DNA from: Hemiscyllium ocellatum
Lineage: Eukaryota
Assembly (NCBI RefSeq): GCF_020745735.1
Contig: NC_083426.1
Span: 12,772,001-12,836,000 of the forward strand
Direction: 5' to 3'
DNA length: 64,000 nucleotides
Shown: positions 1 to 12,300 of the stretch, one piece after another
Numbering within the stretch: the first letter of the stretch is position 1
Layout: each line of letters starts with the position of its first letter
Notes under the pieces: generated by a model
Told to the model about the DNA's origin: nothing
The model's input: the letters and a program-made list of their open reading frames with translations, nothing else
Databases searched by the model: none
Program-made: the position numbers and the translations under genes

Positions 1-884
1 TTAAACAAACCCTCAATTTCTTTAGTCATCCAGCATTCCCGATACTTACCAGCCTTTCCTTTCAACCTAACAGGAATATACTTTCTCTGGGCTCTCATTG
101 TCTCTTTTCTGAAGACTTCCCATTTTCCAGCCTTCCCTTTACCTGCGAACATCTGCCCCCAATCAGCTTTCGAAAGTTCTTGCCTAATACCGTCAAAATT
201 GGCCTTTCTCCAATATAGAACTTCAACGTTTAGATCTGGTCTATCCTTTTCCATCACTATTTTAAAACTAATAGAATTATGGTTGCTGGCCCCAAAGTGT
301 TCCCCCACTGACACCTCAGTCACCTGTCCTGCCTGATTTCCCAAGAGTAGGCCAAGGTTTGCACCTTCTCCAGTAGATACATCCGCATACTAAATCAACA
401 ATTTTTCTTGTACACATCAACAAATTCCTCTCCATCTAAACCCTTAACACTATGGCAGTCCCAGTCTATGTTTGGAGAATTAAAATCCTCTACCATAACC
501 ACTCTATTATTCTTACAGATAACTGAGATCTCCTACAAGTTTGTTTCTCAATTTCCCACCAACTATGAGGGGGTCAATAATACAATCCCAATAGGTGATC
601 ATCCCTTTCTTATTTATCAGTTCCACCCAAATAACTTCTCAGGATGAGTTTCTGGGAACAACCTCCTTCAGTACAGCTGTATCTTTTATCAAAACATAAC
701 TCCCCCTCCTCTCTTGCCTCCTTTTCTGTCCTTTCTGTAACACTTGTATCCTGGAATATTAAGCTGCCAGTCCTGTCCATCTCTGAGACACATTTCTGTA
801 CTTGCTCTGATATTCTAGTCCACTGTTCCTAACCATGCCCTGAGTTCCTCTGCCTTCCCTGTTAGGCCTCTTGCACTGAAATAA
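1..884 (-). mobile_element. CR1 LINE fragment (endonuclease and linker region)
   Basis: Colinear with the CR1 copies at 12371-13200 and 18340-19230, whose minus-strand ORF 18942..19394 has APE endonuclease motifs (IYFNARSL, GYKCYRKDR, GGVAFL). Confidence 0.85.
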
Positions 885-1149
885 ATTGCGGAGGGTTAGG
901 GCCAATAAGGGCTTTGCAATTCTGAAAGACATGGCTCTGATGGGAAATTAGGGACAAAATGGCTACAGAGAGCGAATGAACAGAAACGGTGAGATGACAA
1001 AAGATCACTGGATCCACAGGGACAGCAACAATAAAGAGAGGAAGAAGGATCATTCTGCACCACAGGTAGAGTCTGCAGTTAATTCACAGAAACACCCCAC
1101 TGCCTGTGTCTGCAACACATGGAGCACCTTACCAAAGCTACTAATCGTT

Positions 1150-1250
1150 CTGAAGTAAGGTCTACAGACCCAAAACAGTAAGTCTGCTTTTGCTCCACAG
1201 ACATTGTCAGACCTGCTGTGTTTCTCCAGCTATTTCTGCTTTTCTCACAA
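1150..1250 (+). mobile_element. Degenerate Penelope-like 3' terminal fragment
   Basis: ctccacagacattgtcagacctgctgtgtttctccagc resembles the PLE terminus seen at 10234-10290 (reverse) and 41520-41576. Confidence 0.4.
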
Positions 1251-1689
1251 AAACACTCAGTGGACACTTCACCCATCCTGACCCAGTCACTGTACAATAA
1301 CTGTGTAAAATGACAGACACTCAATTGTAGGTGGGGTTGGAGTCAGTTATACATATTTTGGATGGGGAGGGGGATGGCGTATGTTGGAGTAAAAATTCCA
1401 TGATTTTGAAACATATTCGGAGCAATTGCATCCACCGTGCATCCACTGATTCAGTCCTATCACTGGCATCAAATCACACTTCAACAACAGGTCACTCATT
1501 GTCCAGAAAGAAACATTACAAGTCATGGCCTCAAGCAATCATTGACCGCAATGCTTTTCATCCTCCGGGTCTTGTTAACGAGACGAATGTAATCAGACAA
1601 GTTTGTTTTAAAGTGCCACTTGGGTTTGGTATTTCTGTAATGCACAGCATGGCTATGAGTGGAAGACAGCAATTCTCAGTTACACTGGT

Positions 1690-2440
1690 CATACACTGAA
1701 TTGTCAGTCTGTGAGGAGATAGTCTGCAATGTGCAAGGCTCCTTGGTGGTATCGATGACATTTGAATGAGGATACACACTTGGGGCATCATAATGGAGAT
1801 ATGACATGGACAGCATTTCTCCTGAATTTTCACATTCTCCCTCTCTCACTCACGCACGTCATCCCTATGTCTCTGTTCCCCACTCTTCCCCTGCTACACA
1901 CAAACACACACACAAATATGAGTCTATGGGTGAACTGCATTTGCAAATTTGTATTTGTAGATAATTTCTATTTGTTCAGCAAGCACACAATCTATTGGCA
2001 GTGAGTTAATGTGACATTTTATCAATTTCTACATTCAAAACAAAACGACGTTGGACACACACTCTCACCTCATCCCTGTTATCCAGTGTCTGAGCTGAGA
2101 TGTAACTTTTTTATTCGCTGATAAACCCTTAAGTTATACCGGGGCAGTGACTAAAGAGAAATTTTGGGATTTACACATTAATTAATCAAAAACTGCATCC
2201 CCATTCTACATGATTACAGACTTCACAGTAATCTCGGTTTCTCTAAAACATTGCATTCGTTGTGTGTCACTTTGATCTTTTACTTATCGATGCTGTATCC
2301 TTTGTATCCTGCCCCATTGGCTACCTGACAAAGGCGTAGAGCTTCGAAAGCTTGCATTTTCAAATAAACCTGTTGGTCTATAACCTGGTGTGGTGTGATT
2401 TTCAGCTTTATCCACGCCAGTCCAACAGCAGCCCCTCCAC
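1690..2440 (+). mobile_element. Old Penelope-like 3' region relic
   Basis: Ends in acctgacaaaggcgtagagcttcgaaagcttg...aataaacctgttgg (degenerate CTGA..GAAA core plus a PLE-type tail); related copy at 33145-33785. Confidence 0.55.
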
Positions 2441-2639
2441 ATCCTGAATCTTCTTGCCAGTGGCTCATATCCAGCAGACAGTGAGTGCTGAGCCTGAGTC
2501 TGAATGACAGTTGTTCACCTCTCCAAGGAGACAGCTAGACATACGGCTCGGGATTGATAGTGATGGTTGATGCCTCCATCCCCATTGATCCAGTTTAAGG
2601 GCTGTCCCTGACATACCGACCTGCTGTGATTGTGTCTGT

Positions 2640-2910
2640 CTCTGCATTTTCACAACTTCAATAAAATTACACCTGACAGTTCTGAAGAATGAAGCCATTG
2701 CCTTTATCCCAGCACAATCACCTTTCCTTTGCCATTGACTCCATCCATCTCTCTGTCCAACAGAGCTCTCATCCATGATGTTGTTAGTTTCACACTCAAT
2801 GATTCCAACACCATACTATCTGGCTTTGAAACTTCCAACTTACACTCATCCATCTCTCTGCTCCAGCTTTACATCTTCAAAGGTGCTATGTGAATGCAAC
2901 TTGCAATATT
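2640..2910 (+). mobile_element. L2 LINE 3' relic
   Basis: ctcatccatgatgttgttagtttcacactcaatgattccaac resembles the L2 LIHAFVTSRLDYSN region; tail ggtgctatgtgaatgcaacttg; recognition from recall. Confidence 0.5.
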
Positions 2911-3261
2911 CGCAAACACACTGACAAGGCAAGGCTTTGAAAGAAATGAATGTGCTTCTCAGCTCACTGTATTTAGAAAGCTGCAAATTCATGTATCATT
3001 CTGAAACAACATGAACGTTTATCACAAACATTACAATCTAAATTAACATCAATGGAATTGAATAATTTTAAAATTTTATGAAAATTAAAATTTAAATCTG
3101 GCAAAATAGATTTCCTCCCAAAATTGCTTTATTTCTTAAAATGTTGATGTCTGCAGCATGCTGTGTGTGAATGGCTCATTGTAAATGAACACACATTCAG
3201 TTTGGGCCCATTCCATTAAACTCTCAAACAGGTTCATGGTCAATGAGGAATGTAACTGAGA

Positions 3262-3618
3262 ATTATAGAATCCTGACAGTGCAGAAAGAGGCCATTTGGC
3301 CCATCTGGTCTGCTCCAGCCATCTGAAGAACTTCCCACCAGACCCAGAACCCCACTCTGTTTCCATAGCCACACATTTCCCATAGCTAACCCTCCGAACC
3401 TGTACATCCCTGGACATTTTGGGCAATTCAGCATGACCATCCTGCCGAACCTGCGCATTGGTAGAAAATAGGAAAAAACTGTAGCACCTGGAGTAAACCC
3501 AAACAGACAGAGGACATCGTGCAAAATACACACAGACAATCATCCAAGGTTTGAACTGAACCCAGGTCACGGGGACTGTGAGGCAGCAGTGCTAACCACT
3601 GAGACACTGTGCTGTCCA
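3262..3618 (-). mobile_element. tRNA-derived SINE (elasmobranch HE1-like), old copy
   Basis: Reverse strand starts ggacagcacagtgtctcagtggttagcactgctgcctcacag...ctgggttcag (A/B boxes); tail resembles the CR1 3' end. Confidence 0.75.
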
Positions 3619-3759
3619 TTTCTGAGAAGTTGAGGTGTCAAAAACAAGTTTCCACACTTGTTGCATGTTTTGATGTTCATTGTGTTTTCACACTATAAGA
3701 AAAATGTGTGAATATTATCAAGGGGGTTGTGTGAAAGATAGCCCTGCTTGTACAATGTC

Positions 3760-5360
3760 ACTCAGTGTCAGTTACTTCCGTCTGCAAATTGGAGAGAGAG
3801 CTGCCCTGGTACAGCACGTGCTGGAGGCTAATGTTATTGGTACTGGTCCATTTGAAGGACATTGCTGGATGTGGATGGAACAAACAGTGGACAGATGTAT
3901 CGGGGTCTGGCCTGTGTGGGATGTAGGTTATGAATCACAAAGAGGACAGCTGAAAGGGGAGAGAAGCTTTATCGATTAATCTACAGGGGAGATTCCAAAG
4001 GACCAGAAGAAGAGTTATCAATTAAACTGTGCTGTAAACTGTTCCTATAGTTCCTTCAGCACTGAGCATTTTATATTGTCTAGGAACTATATGACAAATA
4101 GCTCAGGAGTTCAGGAATATGTCACTAACTGTTTTAGCAGGGACATTACACAACTCTTCTAAAGGCTTTCAAAAAGCTGAGTAGACACTTGAGATTGGCC
4201 TCCTCAGTCCCACTCAGAGCCTGTGGGGAAAGCCCATTGTGAAACCACAACCCATACCTGCAGACACTGTAACACCCTCCTGGCACCCATTGTCTACAGC
4301 TCAGTAAAGAGGGAGAACTGTGTCACCTGGAGCAATATGTCTGCAGCCATGTTTGCACAGCCACTGTCAGAAATGTGCAGTGGAGAGGCTTTCTGGAAAG
4401 GCAGGGTGGGGACAGTTTCCTTCGAGCCCAGATCAGTGTTAATCAACAGAATATTGTGGGTAGCACACTCTGGGTCATTCAAGGCTGTACTGAGAGTTTT
4501 CAGATCCAGCCCATTTATCACAATCACTGGGAAGGAAACATCCTGGGACAGGCTCATGTCCATGCTGTGGGTGGATCACTGCACCATTCCAAAGCAAATG
4601 GGACATCCATCTGAATGGGGGAGGGGATTTGTGGCAGCTCCAAGTCCTGCAATTGTTTGTCTCAGAAGAATGGTCTTTTAAAAACTGCCGAGTGCCCATC
4701 TACCAGGATACGGCTTTGACACTGAACAAGTCACTTTACAGGATCCCTGACAATTTGATCAGATATTCTTCACTTTGTTAATAACTGCTGTCTTCACTGT
4801 TCCATCACAGAATCTAATTTTACAATCTGGTCTATTTTTCCAACTGATTCTACAGTGTCAATGTCATTCAGGGGCTGGGGGATCTCTGCTCTCTGTTTCT
4901 GACACTCAGATACTGGTGACCTGACAGCAGAGGGGTTTCATCCCCATTGGGGTATTAACCCCCAAATGTTTCCAAATGTTCTTTAGGAGTTTACCCAACG
5001 TATTGTTTCTGTTTCCCAGACAGAGCATTGTGATGGTCCTCGTTGGTTCAGTCTCTGGGTAATGATTCCAGTGACTCTCCTTCCATATTAAGGGTTAAGG
5101 TGGGGGCACTGCCTTCAGCATTGTGGCTGGGGATGAGCACGGTTGCTGAAGGGTGTCAGCCCCTTTGATCTTCTCAAAGGTGAAACCCAGCATGGTTCAC
5201 CAGACTCACTCATCATCAACCATGTCCTGGTGAATACAAAGCCCCATGTCCGTCGGTACACCAGAGGGACCCTCACCTTGGAGCAGGTCCAACCATTTAC
5301 AGTCTGTGAAAGACTGCTTGAACTGTCATGTCTGTTCCATTTTAGGAACCACAGCAGTTA
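3760..5360. repeat. Unclassified decayed element, three copies in window (also ~35400-36980 and ~37682-39230)
   Basis: High-identity copies; short ORFs 4294..4563 and 38162..38431 are interrupted in the third copy; family not recognised with confidence. Confidence 0.4.
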
Positions 5361-5489
5361 ATTTGTGACAGCAAGCTTCTGCAAGGAACAATCTGATAAT
5401 GATCAAATTGTCTTTATTTGTGACCTTAGTTGGTGAGAATTATGGATGAGGAGATGAGGCAACTCCATTACTGTTCTTTGAAATAATGC

Positions 5490-5770
5490 AATGTAGTTAG
5501 TTGCTGCGAAATGATAGTTTTATAAATAAAAATGGACTGGAAGGACTGGGGCCTTTTTCACTGGAGTGGAGGAGGCTGGGTGGTGACCTTTTTGAGGTTT
5601 ATAAGATCATGAGCGGTACGGGTGAGGTCATTTCTCTCGGGTGTCTGTTCAAAACCTGGGTGCATGTTTTTAAGGTGAGAGGAGAAATATTTTAAAAGAA
5701 CATGAGGGCTAAGTTTTTAATAGAAATGAGGCAAATATTTTACACAGAGAGTAGTTTGTGTGTGGAATAA
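5490..5770 (+). mobile_element. CR1 3' fragment
   Basis: LGPFSLEWRRLGGDLFEVYKIM matches the CR1 ORF2 C-terminus. Confidence 0.75.
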
Positions 5771-6186
5771 ATTATTGTAATTTTTCTAATGTCTTTAATA
5801 TTGAATACAGACTGAAAACTGGAGTGGTCATAAGCCCTCAAACAAAACATCTTGAGTTTGCTTTTATGGCTTTTATTTTTGAAGTGCATTTCATTAAATA
5901 TTGTTTTGTGAGGAACCGGAGCACACTCCCAGTTACTCAATCACAATTCACTTCTCCCTGATTTTTTTTCTGTCAGTTGAGTTTTTGTTTCTGCTTGAAA
6001 TACTGAACTTGAATCAACATTATCCTCAACACTTGATGTTTTAACTTTCTTGATTTCAGATCATTCTATTCTTTCATTGGAAATTAATCCATTTTTTCTG
6101 TTAAACACGACTGATCAAAATAAATGTCTTCACAGTGAACTTTCACCATCTGGCTGACTGTAGTTTCACAAACTGGCTTCGTATAT

Positions 6187-6200
6187 CCTGTTCCTCATTT
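6187..6200 (-). promoter_or_regulatory. Possible PU.1/Ets site ~100 bp upstream of the ATG
   Basis: aaatgaggaacagg on the minus strand; identical in copy B (40324-40337); motif match only. Confidence 0.25.
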
Positions 6201-6299
6201 AACTTCTTGTAGACATTGCATCACACACTTATTTCAATGTGAGAAACAAGAGCTGTGGGACTGACATCAAGAACTGAACTGACCTTTGAGAATAAAACG

Positions 6300-6336
6300 A
6301 TGTGGATATTGATTCTCCTCATTTGTTCCATTCCCG
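6300..6336 (+). CDS. Leader exon A (MWILILLICSIP)
   Basis: ATG, hydrophobic 12-mer, phase-1 donor G|gtgagt; conserved in copy B. Confidence 0.85.
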
Positions 6337-9300
6337 GTGAGTGACCATCTGAGTTGTATATTCAGATAATCAATGTTTGTTGAAGTCCACTGTGTGGTTT
6401 ATACTGAAGAAATGTTTAAATATTTGAAGGTACATATTCAGATAAAGTGAGAGCTTGTGACACAATGGTTACATTGTTCTTGCTGTGATAAATGCTGAGA
6501 GTTTGATTCTCACTCCAGCACATTTTGCAAAAGCATGTGTATTCTCACAAAGTCGAACAGATTCATTACCAACCTGTAAATCCATCTAACATGCCCAGTG
6601 CAGGGAGCAGGACTGGGTGAGGTTCCAGGTCAGCCTTACACAATGCAGAGTGACACCCCTCACATTACAGCGACTGGCTTCAGGCAAGTGACAAGCTGTA
6701 GAAAACAGACACAGCATGGACTTTGTCTACCCCATGTGTCTCTAAATATGGAAGTCTTGGAAGTTTAAAGGAACAAATATAAAAATACCTGAACAACATC
6801 ACAAATATATCTTCTACTGAACATATTGCAATCCCATGTGACACAGTTCCCAAATACTTGACAGCTGCTTTATTAATTCTGAATTAAATCAAAATGGACC
6901 AAATAATGTTTCTTTTGAGTGAATAAAGCAGCACAATTATTTTAATTTTTCCAATGTTTTTAATGTTGAATATACACTGACAACTGGAGTTGTAATAAGC
7001 CCTCTAGGGAAACATTTTGAGTTGATTAAATATTGTTTTGTGAGGCTCAGTTGCAAAAGTAGATGGTTGGTTTATATTTCTCTTCACAGAAAAAGCCTTT
7101 TATCTTTCAGTCATGAACGTGAATCAAGTCGCTGACTCTCTTTCAATCCCACTGCTTTACACATTACAATGTAACACTAAAACTATTGTTCATCATTGCA
7201 ATCTCTCCATTTATGAGCAAGGAATTGTCAAACACTCAAGATTAAAATTCCCAGTGTGGCATTACTCTAGGCTACAACTTCGGGAATTCTGTTACATGAA
7301 AACTTCCTGAAACATTTTGTGGCTCTAGCCCACCAAATTCATGTAGAATACTTCACGAGCAGAAACCTGAAGCATGAATCTCTCTGTTTTCACAACTCTC
7401 TTTCATTCAAGGCTTCCTTTTTCCAATGAGGTCTCTTTCTCCTGACTTTCATCAGCTTTACATATTCATGAACTGAATGCCTTTCTCTTCTCCCCTCCAC
7501 CTTAGATTTCAATTCCATTCTGTCATTTTACTCAAGAATTGTTCTCCACAAAAAGGGTGGTTCTCCCAACAAGATTGTTGGTCTGGTATTTATTGAAGTA
7601 AAGTCTCCCCAGTCATCAACACGCTGTTCCTCTTCCACACCAGGAAACAACATTGCTGCAATTTAAGCACTATCTCATGAAACATCTCTCTGGTACAGTC
7701 AGTAAATTATTTAGGTTATTTTACACTCCTTACACTGACAACAATGTGTGATTACAAACCATCCTGCCTTTACTGCCCTCAGGGTCCTACACATTGATCT
7801 CTCTCTCCCATCATGAACTATCCCTTGCCGAACTCCAATTCTCTTCCTCTCCCACTTGAGGACTGTCATCATCTTGCCTGGGTCACCTGTTGTATCTACA
7901 CGTTGAGCCCTGAAAATGCAGCCCCTGAGCCCACCATGAGTCTACACACACCCCTCTCATCCCTGGATTAATCCCTTGCTCTCCGGTCAGAGGAAGGATC
8001 CATCAGCACCTGTGCCCTTCATCACACTGATCCCCAGCCGACTCCAACCCAAGCCCATCACTCAGGCTGCTCTCCGGGGGATGAGGCAACATTTCAATGA
8101 TGTCACACATGGTGGAGTTAGAGCCCACAGCGGGCAGCACAAGCCCAATTTCAAGATTGTTGCAAAGCTCGACCGGTGGGGAAAGAAAATATCCCGACTG
8201 TTTCAATAATTCATAGAATCATAGAGATGTACAGCATGGAAACAGACCCTTCGGTCCAACCCGTCCACGCCGACCAGATATCCCAACCAAATCTAGTCCA
8301 ACCTGCCAACGCCTAGCCCATATCCCTCCAAAGCCTTCCCAATCATATACCCATCCAAATATCTCTTCAATGTTGTAATTGTACCAGCCTCCACTGCATC
8401 CTGGTGGCTCATTCCATACACATACCACCCTCTGCGTGAAAACGTTGCCCCTTAGGTTTCTTTTATATCTTTCCCCTCTCACCCTAAAACTATGCCCTCT
8501 AGTTTTGGACACCCTGACCCCAGGGAAAAGACTTTGTCTATTTAACCTATCCATGCTCCTCATAATTTTGTAAACCTCTATAAGGTCCCCCCTCTGTCTC
8601 CGACGCTCAAGGGAAAATGGCCCCAGCCTGTTCAGCCTCTCCCTCTAGCTCAGATCCTCAACCCTGGCAACATCCTTGTAAATTTTTCTGAACCCTTTCA
8701 AGTTTCACAACATCTTTCCAATAGGAAGGAGACCAGAATTGTATGCAATATTCCAACAGTGACCTAACCAATGTCCTGTACAGCTGCAACATGACCTCCC
8801 AACTCCTGTACTCAATACTCTGACCAATAAAGGAAAGCATACCAAATGCCTTCTTCGCTATCCTTTCTACCTGCGACTCCACTTTCAAGGAGCTATGAAC
8901 CTGCACTCCAAGGTCTCTTTGTTCTGCAACACTCCCTAGGACCTTACCATTAAGTGTACAAGTCCTGCTAAGATTTGCTTTCCCAAAATGCAGCACCTCA
9001 CATTTATCTGAATTAAACTCCATCTGCCACTTCTCAGCTCATTGGCCCATCTGGTCCAGATCCTGTTGTAATCTGAGGTAACCCTCTTCGCTGTCCACTA
9101 CACCTCCAATTTTGGTGTCATCTACAAACTTACCAACTGTACCTCTTGTGCTTGTATCCAAATCATTTATTTAAATGACAAAAAGTAGAGGGCCCAGCAC
9201 TGATCCTTGTGGCACTTCACTGGTCATAGGCCTCCAGTCTGAAAAGCAACCCTCCACCAACACCCTCTGTCTTCTACCTTTGAGCCAGTTCTGTGTCCAA

Positions 9301-12300
9301 ATGGCTAGTTCTCCCTGTATTCCATGAGATCTAACCTTGCTAATCAGTCTCCCATGGAGAACCTTGTCGAATGTCCTCCTGAAGTCAATATAGATCATAT
9401 CTACTGCTCTGCGCTCATCAATCTTCTTTGTTATTTCTTCAAAAAACTCAATCAAGTATGTGAGACATGATTTCTCATGCACAAAAGCCATGTTGACTAT
9501 CCCGAATCAATCCTGGCCTTTTCAAATACATATACATCCTGTCCGTCAGGATTCCCTCCAACAACTTGCCCACCACCGAAATCAAGCACACTGGTCTATA
9601 GTTCCCTGGCTTGTCTTTAGCACCCTTCTTAAACAGTGGCACCACCTTTGCCAACCTCTAGTCTTCCGGCACCTCACCTGTGACTATTGATGATACAAAT
9701 ATCTCAGCAAGAGGCCCAGCAATCTCTTTTCTAGCTTCCTACAGAATTCTCGGGGACACCTGATCAGGTCCTGGGGATTTATCCACCTTTAACCTTTTCA
9801 AGACATCCGGCACTTCCTCCTCTGCAATCTGGACATTTTGCAAGATGTCACCATCTCTTTCCCTACTTTCTATATCTTCCATATCTTTTTCCACAGTAAA
9901 TACTGATGCAAAATATTCATTTAGTATCTCCCCCATTTTCTGCAGCTCCACACAAAGGCCACCTTGCTGATCGTTGTGGGGCCCTATTCTCTCCCTAGTT
10001 ATCCTTTTGTCCTTAATATATTTGTAAAACCCCTTTGGATTCTCCTTAATTCTATATGCCAAAGTTATCTCATGTCCCCGTTTTGCCCTCCTGATTTCCC
10101 TTTTTAGTATACTCCTACTTTCTTTTTACTCATCTAAGGATTCACTCGATCTATCCTGTCCATACCTGACATATGCTTCCTTCTTTTTCTTAACCAATTT
10201 TCTTTAGTCATCCAGAATTCCCTTTCACCCTGAAAATGTGTTGCTGGTTAAAGCACAGCAGGTCAGGCAGCATCCAAGGAACAGGAAATTCGACGTTTCG
10301 GGCACAAGCCCTTCATCAGGAATGAGGAAAGTGTGTCCAGCAGGCTAAGATAAAAGGTAGGGAGGAGGGACTTGGGGGAGGGGCGATGGAGATGTGATAG
10401 GTGGAAGGAGGTCAAGGTGAGGGTGATAGGGCGGAGTGGGGTGGGGACAGAGAGGTTACGAAGAGGATTGCAGGTTAGGAGGGCGGTGCTGAGTTCAAGG
10501 GAATCGACTGAGACAAGGTGGGGGGAGAGGAAATGAGGAAACTGGAGAAATTTGAGTTCATTCCTTGTGGTTGGAGGGTTCCCAGGCGGAAGATGAGGCG
10601 CTCTTCCTCCAACCGTCGTGTTGTTATGTTCTGGCGATGGAGGAGTCCAAGGACCTGCATGTCCTCGGTGGAGTGGGAGGGGCAGTTAAAATGTTGAGCC
10701 ACCGGGTGGTTGGGTTGGTTGGTCCGGGCGTCCCAGAGGTGTTCCCTGAAGCGTTCCGCAAGTAGGCGACTCGTCTCCCCAATGTAGAGGAGGCCACTTC
10801 GGGTGCAGCGGATGCAATAGATGATGTGTGTGGAGGTGCAGGTGAATTGGTGGTGGATATGGAAGGATCCCTTGAGGCCTTGGAGAGAGGTAAGGGAGGA
10901 GGTGTGGGCGCAAGTTTTGCATTTCCTGCGGTTGTATGGGAAGGTGCCAGGAGTGGAGGTTGTGTTGGTGGGGGGTGTGGAACTGAAAAGGGAGTTACGG
11001 AGGGAATGGTCTTTCCGGAACGCTGATAGGGGAGGGGAGGGAAATATATCCCTGGTGGTGGGGTCCGTTTGGAGGTGGTGGAAATGACGGCGGATGATAC
11101 GCTGTATACGGCGGTTGGTGTGGTGGTAGGTGAGAACCAGTGGGGTTCTGTCCTGGTGGCGGTTGGAGGGGCGGGGCTCAAGGGTGGAGGAGCGGGAAGT
11201 GGAGGAGATGCGGTGGAGGGCATCGTCGATCACGTCTGGGGGGAATCTGCGGTCTTTGAAGAAGGAGGCCATCTGGGCTGTACGGTATTGGAACTGGTCC
11301 TCCTGGGAGCAGATGCGACGGAGACGAAGGAATTGGGAATATGGGATGGCGTTTCTACAGGGGGCAGGGTGGGAGGAGGTGTAGTCCAGATAGCTGTGGG
11401 AGTCAGTCGGTTTATAGTAGATGTCTGTGTTGATTCAGTCGCCCGAGATAGAAATGGAAAGGTCTAGGAAGGGGAGGGAGGAGTCTGAGACAGTCCAGGT
11501 GAATTTGAGGTCAGGGTGGAAGGTGTTGGTAAAGTGGATGAACTGTTCAACCTCCTCGTGGGAGCACGAGGCAGCGCCGATACAGTCATCGATGTAGCGG
11601 AGGAAAAGGTGGGGGGTGGTGCCAGTGTAGTTGCGGAAGATGGACTGTTCCACATATCCTACGAAGAGACAGGCATAGCTGGGGCCCATGTGGGTGCCCA
11701 TGGCAATTCCTTTAGTTTGGAGGAAGTGGGAGGATTGGAAAGAGAAACTGTTCAGAGTGAGGACCAGTTCAGTCAGTCGAAGGAGGGTGTCAGTGGAAGG
11801 GTACTAGTTGGTGTGGCGGGAAAGGAAGAAGCGGAGGGCTTTGAGTCCTTCGTGATGGGGGATGGAGGTGTACAGGGACTGGATGTCCATTGTGAAGATA
11901 AGGCGATGGGGACCCAGGAAGCGAAAATCATGGAGGAGGTGGAGGGCATGGATGGTGTCCCGAACATAGGTGGGGAGTTCTTGGACTAAGAGGGACAGAA
12001 CCGTGTCGAGGTACGCGGAGATGAGTTCGGTGGGGCAGGAGCAGGCTGTGACAATGGGTCGGCCGGGGCAGTCAGATTTGTGGATTTTGGGCAGGAGGTA
12101 GAAACGGGCGGTGTGGGGTTGTGGGTCTATGAGGTTGGAGGCGGTGGATGGAAGATCCCCTGAGGTGATGAGGTTATGGATGGTCTGGGAGATGATGGTT
12201 TGGTGGTGGGAGGTGGGTTTATGGTCAAGGGGGCAGTAAGAGGAGGCGTCCGCGAGCTGGCGTTTGGCCTCAGCGGTATAAAGGTCGGTGCGCCAAACTA

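Noticed and set aside
955-1065. Possible cytoplasmic-tail exon of an upstream paralog (..DHSAPQ|gtagag)
   Set aside because: Poor acceptor, no ITIM or other motif, and no counterpart in the other unit
3560-3618. tRNA-like A/B boxes (also 34604-34650)
   Set aside because: SINE heads, not complete cloverleaf tRNAs
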